IMG/VR virus record: IMGVR_UViG_3300037493_002747
Location: 11,761 to 75,760 of that record
Source: a virus
Length of the DNA: 64,000 nt
Direction: 5' to 3' (one strand)
The translations under genes were made by a program, and so were the position numbers. The notes under the pieces were generated by a model that saw nothing but the letters and a program-made list of their open reading frames with translations, did no database searches and was not told the DNA's origin. Numbering within the stretch: the first letter of the stretch is position 1; every line of letters begins with the position of its first letter. Positions 57,053 to 64,000 of the stretch are shown piece by piece.

Positions 57053-58708
57053 ATGTTCAATGACTCTGATTATCGTTTCAAGAACGACCGTCCTTCAAAA
57101 TTCTGTGTTGTGACGGCATACCAAGATGATCTTCCATGGAGAACTTTGGGAGATATAGCATCTTCATCGAATGTTGCGTATTGTCGTAGGAAAGGATATG
57201 GGTTTCGGGCATTCAGGTCGGGATGGGATACAACTAGACCTATGTCATGGAGCAAGTTGAAATTCATATCTGAAACTCTGAAACACTATGAGTGGGTTTT
57301 CTGGATTGATGCTGATGCTGTGATAACGAATCACAATGTAAGTCTGTCTTCATTTATTACGGATAATGAGGACATGGTTATTTGCAGCGTGCAACACATC
57401 AGTGAGGCAGAAAGACATCAGTCCATCATCAATTGTGGCGTATTCATGTTGAGGTCTGGAGATTTTGCCAACAAACTGATTGATACTCTCTGGGGTAAAA
57501 CTCACAGAATCAATCATGAGTGGTGGGAGCAGATGGCATTCATTGAGGCATACAATGAGAGCGAGGATGTTCGTTCGAGAGTAAAAGTGATGCCTGCCAA
57601 GACGTTTAACTCGGTTCCTCCGTGGCGTACTACGATGTCGAAAGATGTGAAGTGGACGCATGGAGATTTTGTAGTACATTTCAGTGCATATCCAGTGGGT
57701 GTAAGGATAGGCATGATGAGACGGCTATTAGCATGGAACAAAGAAGATGATCCACTCTTTGAGACATGTGTGGATTTGGGACATGAGGTTGTACCAAGAC
57801 TGCGCATGAGAGACTCAGGATTCATTTCTGGATCAGACCTTGAAATAGCGGGACCATTATTGATGAGATGGCTTGGTCGGGCTTACTTGATAGACCCTTG
57901 GAAAAACATAGATGGATACCATCATTCCAATTCTTCGGAAGAAGAACTTGAAAGGTTGTATCAGTTTGTTGTCGATAAGTGTAATACGAGGCCTGGAACA
58001 CAAGTATGCCGTGGCGACCCAGTAGAGGTGGCCAAAGGGATAGCGGATGAGTGCTTGGACTGGGTATTTATTGACGGTCATAAGGGTTCTGAGACGATAC
58101 TTAAAGAGTTGGAGGCGTGGTGGCCCAAAATCCGTGTTGGCGGATTATTGTATGGCACTGGTTATGCCAACCAGTCTATGGATGTTCCAGGTGTTCATAA
58201 TGCTGTAACGAGATTTGCAGCATCAAAATTTGTTTGTCACCGGTTTAGCGAGGCTGCATGGATGCCATCATGGATAATCAGGAAGACGGGAATGTCTGTA
58301 ACAGAACCAGTAGTGCTTGATAGAGATGGATTGCCAGCACTTTTCGCACATCGTAGGTATAAGAGAGGGTGTGCAACTGGTGACCGTCTGGGTAATTGGT
58401 TTGACAAGATGGCGTCAGAATGCCCAAATATCAATTGGTCGTCTAATGGATCAGAACATTGGGCTCTTAATTTCGACAGGCACGATCTTGACTGGGTATA
58501 TATTGACACAGACAGGGACATTCGACAGGAATTAAAGGAATGGTGGGATAAGGTTAGGGTTGGTGGTATTGTATGTGGTAGCATTACAAGAGTTGAGGAT
58601 AAGGTAGCGGTGGATGAATTTCTGGCTGGGCTAGGGGCTATCGCCACATATACGGTTTTGCAAAACAAGAAAGCGTGGTTCGTCGTAAAGTCAGGAGATG
58701 TTGATTGA
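57053..58708 (+). CDS. GT34 (GMA12/MNN10-like) glycosyltransferase fused to two class I methyltransferase-like domains
   Basis: WSK...WVFWIDAD, N.GVF, WEQ and DFVVHF; LDWVFIDG.......WWPK.R.GG occurs twice. Confidence 0.75.
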   Translation: MFNDSDYRFKNDRPSKFCVVTAYQDDLPWRTLGDIASSSNVAYCRRKGYGFRAFRSGWDTTRPMSWSKLKFISETLKHYEWVFWIDADAVITNHNVSLSSFITDNEDMVICSVQHISEAERHQSIINCGVFMLRSGDFANKLIDTLWGKTHRINHEWWEQMAFIEAYNESEDVRSRVKVMPAKTFNSVPPWRTTMSKDVKWTHGDFVVHFSAYPVGVRIGMMRRLLAWNKEDDPLFETCVDLGHEVVPRLRMRDSGFISGSDLEIAGPLLMRWLGRAYLIDPWKNIDGYHHSNSSEEELERLYQFVVDKCNTRPGTQVCRGDPVEVAKGIADECLDWVFIDGHKGSETILKELEAWWPKIRVGGLLYGTGYANQSMDVPGVHNAVTRFAASKFVCHRFSEAAWMPSWIIRKTGMSVTEPVVLDRDGLPALFAHRRYKRGCATGDRLGNWFDKMASECPNINWSSNGSEHWALNFDRHDLDWVYIDTDRDIRQELKEWWDKVRVGGIVCGSITRVEDKVAVDEFLAGLGAIATYTVLQNKKAWFVVKSGDVD

Positions 58709-59316
58709 GCTTAGGAAGATACATTGAGTTGCGAACAAAGGCGATGGTATTGAACTCTGTAGGGTTTTACGACATCAACAGGGCAGAATCTAACCCGGCC
58801 ATCTTTGAAGAATTTGTAGGAGATGTGCTTGAGAATGATGCTTTACCGCAGGTAATATGGGAACCGTTTGCTGGACATACTGGAAGAAGTAAGACTCAGG
58901 ACTTCTCGCAAGGTATTTCTTTGAAGTTGGTGTCTTTCGACTTGGTGCCATCGGATGACCGAGTAGTTAAGGCAGATTCGACGGTTACGGGACCGGGAGA
59001 AATGGTTGGGGGAGTGTTCTTTCACCCTCCGTATTTCGGTACGTCACCTTTGTCTCAGGATGAAAGAGACATATCTTTGATTTCAAAGTGGGATGAGTAT
59101 GTAGAAGCTTTGAAGAAGACGGTGAATATAGCGAGTTTGGTGACAGTTTGCGGTGGGTTGGTATGTGCAATTGGGAGAGATTATCGGCATGGTGGGTTAC
59201 GAATCCGTTTAGACAAGGAATACTTGAAGATGTTTGAGAGTGAGTCGTTTGAACTGCATTCGGTGATGGAAAGTGAACCGGATGTGGCGATAATTTTCAG
59301 AAAGGTCGGATTATGA
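58705..59316 (+). CDS. putative amino-methyltransferase (HPPY variant)
   Basis: Motif I-like WEPFAG and motif IV-like FFHPPYF. Confidence 0.55.
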   Translation: MSLGRYIELRTKAMVLNSVGFYDINRAESNPAIFEEFVGDVLENDALPQVIWEPFAGHTGRSKTQDFSQGISLKLVSFDLVPSDDRVVKADSTVTGPGEMVGGVFFHPPYFGTSPLSQDERDISLISKWDEYVEALKKTVNIASLVTVCGGLVCAIGRDYRHGGLRIRLDKEYLKMFESESFELHSVMESEPDVAIIFRKVGL

Positions 59317-59894
59317 ATGATACGGGGCATATCAGATTAGGGATTGTGGGGGCAGCAGGAACAGGGAAAAGTTCTCTGGCAGAAGGATTGTCTGCTAGAC
59401 TGGGAATCCCCAATCTGAGGTCGAGAGAGATCACAGAGGATATTCTTCGTCGTGATGGGTATGATTACGGTTCAGGTATTCAGATTGAGCGGTTCTTGGC
59501 AAACACGGGGCGTCAGAACGAGATTCTGAGAAGGACAATTGAGCAGCAGTCTGTCTCTGACTTCGTAACAGACCGTACAGTTATTGATTTGGCGTCATAT
59601 GCTGTATGTGAGATGCACCATTCAGATGCCACGGCTTTGAGAAGGATCATTGATACTTGCAGAAAGAACATCTCTGTTTACACGCATCTTTTTTTGTGTC
59701 CATGGCGGGACACTGTTGCGGATACGGGCAAACGGACATTGAATCCATGGTATCAATATCTCATTCATCTTACAGAACGGGGAATACTGGATGAGTGGGG
59801 GTGTAAATACCACATTCTTACAGAAGAGGGCCGTGACAAGAGATTGGTGGAGATCACATCTTTCTTCAAAGATAGGGTTCCAATAGAGTCATAA
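59313..59894 (+). CDS. P-loop nucleotide kinase (AAA_28-like)
   Basis: GAAGTGKS and FVTDRTVID...Y motifs. Confidence 0.8.
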   Translation: MNDTGHIRLGIVGAAGTGKSSLAEGLSARLGIPNLRSREITEDILRRDGYDYGSGIQIERFLANTGRQNEILRRTIEQQSVSDFVTDRTVIDLASYAVCEMHHSDATALRRIIDTCRKNISVYTHLFLCPWRDTVADTGKRTLNPWYQYLIHLTERGILDEWGCKYHILTEEGRDKRLVEITSFFKDRVPIES

Positions 59895-59904
59895 TTCTTT
59901 GATA
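59891..59904 (+). promoter_or_regulatory. putative late-promoter motif ATAATTCTTTGATA
   Basis: Exact 14-mer upstream of the paralogue of 9306-9542. Confidence 0.6.
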
Positions 59905-59960
59905 AATTGGCCCTATAGTGAGGACAAGGATGAGCACAAAGGGCGGTTAAGGAGGAAGTT

Positions 59961-60224
59961 ATGAGCTATCGAAAGAACGTTACCGATAAACAGCAAGGTG
60001 ATATTGAATCGTCAGTCGCGGATTCCGCGAACCGTTTTCCATGGTTTGATGGCAAGCAGATACAGACGGGAATAACGAAGTCAATACCGGCATTAGATCT
60101 TCAAGGCCAAGGGAATGCGGGTGGTGTCACTACCAGTTCAAAAAGGGCTATTCGTGGTAGTGGGGCTGTGATCGGATCGCACAATGATAAACCTGAGCGG
60201 TTTGATAATCCGGGAAAAGCGTAG
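59961..60224 (+). CDS. small protein, paralogue of 9306-9542
   Basis: AAGGAGG RBS; MSYRKNVTDK...DKPERFDNPGKA. Confidence 0.8.
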   Translation: MSYRKNVTDKQQGDIESSVADSANRFPWFDGKQIQTGITKSIPALDLQGQGNAGGVTTSSKRAIRGSGAVIGSHNDKPERFDNPGKA

Positions 60225-60229
60225 ATTTT

Positions 60230-60259
60230 TTTACAAGTTTGTCATGTCGTGAGTATAAT
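60230..60259 (+). promoter_or_regulatory. sigma70-like promoter (TTTACA-18-TATAAT), likely giving a leaderless transcript
   Basis: ATG at 60265 lies 5 nt after the -10 box with no SD. Confidence 0.5.
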
Positions 60260-60264
60260 GGGGC

Positions 60265-61188
60265 ATGACAAAGTTTCTATTCTTTACTGATTCGCATATG
60301 GCTGGCGAAAGCCCTCGTCATCGTACCGATGACTTTCCAAGGACCATCATCGAGAAGCAAAGGGAAGTGTATTCTCTTGCCCAGAATGAAGGCTGCGAGT
60401 TTGTAGCCTTTGGCGGTGATTGGTTTAACTACTACCGACTATTCAATTATGAGATACTTGCAGACTCTATGGATATTGTCTGCGGGTCAAATCTCCAGAC
60501 ATATATTGTGGTGGGAGAACACGATATTTATGGGCACAATATGTCAACATATCCGTCGTCAACACTGGCTTTTTTTGTTCGTCGGTGTGGAAGGATGACG
60601 GTGTTATGGGAGCCTACCGAAGTCGCTGGGGTAGTATTACATGGCAAGCATGAGCCAGATAAGATGGATGAGATGTTGACTCGTCCTTTGAATGCTGACA
60701 AGGTAAATGTCATGGTGTGTCACGAGTTGATCACCTGTAATGATGCACCTTTCGAGATGATTAAGACGGATACCCTTCGCAATACAGGCTACGATCTGAT
60801 AGTGTCTGGGGACTTGCACGACGGGTATCAACCACATCAGGTGGATGGAACTTGGTTTTGTAATCCTGGCAGTCTTGTTCGGAGATCCACAAGTGATGCT
60901 GATCGGTGGCCTCAAGTAGCGATCATTTCCATCGAAAAGGGGAATGTTGAAATAGAGTATCGCCGCTTAAAGTGTGGGAGAGCAGGGTCGGAGGTGTTTG
61001 GGGAGAGCATCGCAGAAGTGGCAAAAGATGGAGATGTGGATGCTTCCGCCTTTACTACTGAGTTGCTTCAGTTTGAGGCTGAGGCTACTGACGTGCATGA
61101 CTTGGTGCAGATGGCTGGTACGAAGGCAGGACTTCGTGATGAAGTTTTGAAATATCTAGCCTCGAAGCGAATACCTGTTTCGAGTTGA
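60265..61188 (+). CDS. Mre11/SbcD-like metallophosphoesterase nuclease
   Basis: D.H, GGD.F, GEHD, H, SGDLH and NPGS motifs. Confidence 0.85.
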   Translation: MTKFLFFTDSHMAGESPRHRTDDFPRTIIEKQREVYSLAQNEGCEFVAFGGDWFNYYRLFNYEILADSMDIVCGSNLQTYIVVGEHDIYGHNMSTYPSSTLAFFVRRCGRMTVLWEPTEVAGVVLHGKHEPDKMDEMLTRPLNADKVNVMVCHELITCNDAPFEMIKTDTLRNTGYDLIVSGDLHDGYQPHQVDGTWFCNPGSLVRRSTSDADRWPQVAIISIEKGNVEIEYRRLKCGRAGSEVFGESIAEVAKDGDVDASAFTTELLQFEAEATDVHDLVQMAGTKAGLRDEVLKYLASKRIPVSS

Positions 61189-61202
61189 TGGGGGCTGGTA
61201 AT

Positions 61203-62354
61203 ATGAATGATGTAACCTATAGTTCCGTACTGCCAATTGACGATGAAGATGAGTTCAGAGGACTTGGTGATGATCTTCTCAGTCAAGAGGCTTTACCGAA
61301 ACCTTCTCCTGCTGTATTGAAAATTCTCAAAGCGAGGGTTCCTCGTGTAAAGAAGACTAGGCGTCAGAAGGCACTCCGGGTAATGCTTAAGAGGGGAGGC
61401 ATCTCAAAGATTCCGCCCATTGAGAACATTCTTGAAGGCAAAGTCGGGGCGAATATAGCCATATCGGAGATAGGGTTTTTCTCAAATGACAAACAATCCG
61501 ATCTTTTACTTGAGGAGTTGGCGAATGAATGTCCAGTGAGGAACAGGCTCAATAGAGATGATGTTCTTTTGAGTCGCATTTTGGTGATAGGGGCGGAGAT
61601 ATTCAAGGCTGGAAGGATGTTGACCCCAATTCATGTCTTTCACGATCCTGTTGGTGGCAGCATTGAGTGTATCAGTGGGCGTCACCGTTTGGCCTTCCTT
61701 GCACTTGTATATGGACCAAAAGTCAAGGTGCCGGTGTACATCGAGAATTTGACCCTGAAAGCTGCTAGGGAGGCCGTGGCGGTAGCCAATGACTCTCGCC
61801 CGGTCAAAGCCTTGGAGAGGGCATCTTATGCGATTCTGCGAGCATCAGGAGGGGATAGTGAGGCAGACCAGAATACTCTCTTTGAGAAGATGTCAGCTCA
61901 TAAGCCGGATATTGGCAAGTACTGTGTGTTCAGTGTCATAGACAAGGGTCACCCTGCCAAACTGACATTCAAACTGTCTGAGAGGTCTTCCCGTCCGGAT
62001 GGAGGGATCACTACGGTTAGCAACATTGAGGAGTTCTGGGGAGAGGCCCTATTGCGAAGGAAGGGCATGACTCGAAAGGAATTCGATGTTGGTCTTAAAG
62101 ATTCTGTAAAGTTCTTGAATGCCTTCGTTTCCGAGATCAACAAGATTCAAGGATTTGATGCTAACCAGCATATGACGGCGAATGTTATGACGGCGGTTGG
62201 ACGGTACTACTTAACATACCAAAACATCACAAATCGTAATGCCATTCAGATTGTGGCAGATTTGACAAAGGCAGTGGTTGATATCGGACAGACTGCAAAG
62301 AAATCATGGTATGAACTATACAATGTCATTGCTGGGTGTATGGCCACAAAATGA
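61203..62354 (+). CDS. ParB/Srx- or DndB-like domain protein
   Basis: PI.V.......ISGRHRL.....VPV pattern. Confidence 0.55.
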   Translation: MNDVTYSSVLPIDDEDEFRGLGDDLLSQEALPKPSPAVLKILKARVPRVKKTRRQKALRVMLKRGGISKIPPIENILEGKVGANIAISEIGFFSNDKQSDLLLEELANECPVRNRLNRDDVLLSRILVIGAEIFKAGRMLTPIHVFHDPVGGSIECISGRHRLAFLALVYGPKVKVPVYIENLTLKAAREAVAVANDSRPVKALERASYAILRASGGDSEADQNTLFEKMSAHKPDIGKYCVFSVIDKGHPAKLTFKLSERSSRPDGGITTVSNIEEFWGEALLRRKGMTRKEFDVGLKDSVKFLNAFVSEINKIQGFDANQHMTANVMTAVGRYYLTYQNITNRNAIQIVADLTKAVVDIGQTAKKSWYELYNVIAGCMATK

Positions 62355-63337
62355 AGAAGTACGGATATGATGAGACTACAGGAGCACTGTTCTCTTGGGA
62401 GTTCGGTCTTCAATTTGAGGGCATTACAAAAATGCCTGAAGGAGCGTTCAAATCTGTTGACCGGCCAGAAGACGAGATGCTTGGATGTGTTTTCATGTCT
62501 GGTTGGAACGGAACGTTTGTGGTAATTCGTTCGGATGGCAAGTCGAATGAACAGTATTGTCTATTTGGGTATGACTCCAAGGTAGGATATTGGAAGGAGC
62601 AGAATGTCCGTCAATCTCAGATGGAGATATTCAACACATACTGTATTTGCGGAGAAGTTGTACAGTATCCAGAGAAAGTGGCAGATATTTGTTATCGGCA
62701 TCGTACTTCGCGAATGTATGTTTGTCCATTGGCGAATGAGCTGGCAGCATTAGGAGTTTTGGTTAGGAATATGGACAAGATGTTGCCGTATAGAGTACAG
62801 CTAGCATGGGACAATAAAGAACCAATCAATGCTGAATTCAAAGAGTTTGATCCAAAGTTGGATGGAGATGGTCTTGGGAGAATGGCAGACCTTGTGACAC
62901 ATGGTTTGTCGCCAGTTAATGAGATGATGACAACGGTTGGAGTATCTCCCTTTTATGGAAAGACATTGCACCGGGAATGGTGTTCTGGAAGTAGGGTCAT
63001 TGTCCGACGATCAGAGGTTGATACTTTATTCCCCAGAGTTCCGATTTCTTCTAAAAACTATGCGGCAACATCGGTTTTCGTAAAAATGGAGACAAGCGAG
63101 AAGTTTAGGGAACTATCGGGGTATAATGAGAAGTACATAGACGTGTTCGTTGCGACGGATTATGTTCCGGGAGTGAGCACATTCATGCGGTTCTATAAGA
63201 CGTTCTCAGGAAGAGGGTTTGTGTTTGTTTCGGATAGGGACGTAGTTCAGCACAAAAAGATTGTGCCGATATTCAGGAGTGATCGAGCATACAAGGTACA
63301 AAGAGAAACATATGAACAAAGAAGGAGTTCGCAATGA
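62351..63337 (+). CDS. hypothetical protein
   Basis: ~328-aa ORF with ATGA overlaps on both sides. Confidence 0.75.
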   Translation: MKKYGYDETTGALFSWEFGLQFEGITKMPEGAFKSVDRPEDEMLGCVFMSGWNGTFVVIRSDGKSNEQYCLFGYDSKVGYWKEQNVRQSQMEIFNTYCICGEVVQYPEKVADICYRHRTSRMYVCPLANELAALGVLVRNMDKMLPYRVQLAWDNKEPINAEFKEFDPKLDGDGLGRMADLVTHGLSPVNEMMTTVGVSPFYGKTLHREWCSGSRVIVRRSEVDTLFPRVPISSKNYAATSVFVKMETSEKFRELSGYNEKYIDVFVATDYVPGVSTFMRFYKTFSGRGFVFVSDRDVVQHKKIVPIFRSDRAYKVQRETYEQRRSSQ

Positions 63338-63810
63338 AAGAGATTAGAGGGATGAAAATTAGAGGTGAGAAACTTACTCCAAAAGAGATTGCGGCCAGAG
63401 TGAAGCGAATTACGGTTCTCTACCCTAATACAAACAGGTACGCCCACTGGGAGATTGCAGACATTCCTTCCCCCATTACCGCGAAGAATACACGCAAGAG
63501 CAATCGCCCACTGGGCGATTGCCGACATCATAAGAGAGCTAAGGAAGAAATGGATAGAATGGTGAGAAAATGGGGACTGAACGACCCCCGACATTTCTTC
63601 CTCCATTACCGCGAAGAATACACGCCAGAGCAGAAGAGAATATTGAAGAAATACAAGATTGCAGTGGCAAAGCACATTGGAACTTCAAGGAAGAAGTGTC
63701 CGAAATGCGGTGCTAAGGGTCATGTTCAAATCTGGCCAATTCCATTTGGCAAGAGGCGACTGCTTTGTTCTCAATGTGGGTGGACGGATGGTAGAATGGA
63801 TAAGTGCTAG
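63334..63810 (+). CDS. hypothetical basic protein with a C-terminal zinc ribbon
   Basis: CPKC..CSQC; internal out-of-frame DNA repeats. Confidence 0.6.
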   Translation: MKEIRGMKIRGEKLTPKEIAARVKRITVLYPNTNRYAHWEIADIPSPITAKNTRKSNRPLGDCRHHKRAKEEMDRMVRKWGLNDPRHFFLHYREEYTPEQKRILKKYKIAVAKHIGTSRKKCPKCGAKGHVQIWPIPFGKRRLLCSQCGWTDGRMDKC

Positions 63811-63836
63811 GGCGAATACAGTAGAACAGGACAAGT

Positions 63837-64000
63837 ATGAGCAAACTTGCGGATTTGTACGAGGCTTCCAAGACGCCAGTAGATGACAGGATTCAGTCTG
63901 AGAAGAATATCCTTCTTGTCGTTCCGGATAAGAAGCATGATATTGGACCGGTTCTATCATATCTTGGATTATCGCCATTTGAAGTAGCTTTGACATGGCC
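63837..64000 (+). CDS. partial hypothetical protein running off the window end
   Basis: MSKLADLYEASKTPVDD... is open to the end; AGGA upstream. Confidence 0.55.
   Translation, partial: MSKLADLYEASKTPVDDRIQSEKNILLVVPDKKHDIGPVLSYLGLSPFEVALTW

Noticed and set aside
63441-63632. Diversity-generating retroelement TR/VR pair
   Set aside because: The repeats are too short, two of five mismatches are C/T rather than at adenines, and there is no reverse transcriptase in the window.

Overview
This window is part of a large (jumbo-type) tailed dsDNA bacteriophage genome. All credible genes lie on the + strand and use the standard code (TAA, TAG and TGA all act as stops). Layout: (1) 1-4.9 kb, small hypothetical genes. 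(2) 4.9-9.2 kb, an RNA island: several structured ncRNAs, including a boxA-preceded mimic of the uL11-binding GTPase centre of 23S rRNA and a ~680-nt folded RNA, then a tmRNA, two candidate Y RNAs, a GGA-rich hairpin cluster, an initiator-type tRNA-Met and a Ro60/TROVE gene. (3) 9.3-39 kb, virion morphogenesis: small proteins sharing an N-terminal helical leader, two HNH endonucleases, neck proteins, three tail-tube-like paralogues (the first interrupted by a group I intron after codon 4), chaperones, a 2181-aa tape measure protein, baseplate genes and a Gly-Phe-Gln collagen-like fibre. (4) 39-64 kb, replication and recombination: a SNF2 helicase with two inteins, DnaB, degenerate YhaM, primase, a sigma-like protein, a split Ski2/Hel308-like helicase, UDG, SSB, RecA, a 5'-3' exonuclease, a glycosyltransferase-methyltransferase fusion and an Mre11/SbcD nuclease. 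The most striking observations are the rRNA-mimic/tmRNA/Ro60-Y RNA island, a Vsr/DUF559-type endonuclease gene with its own ribosome-binding site overprinted in the +1 frame of an intein, and a probable -1 frameshift adding a zinc finger to SSB. All calls come from reading motifs by eye; no database search or folding program was run.
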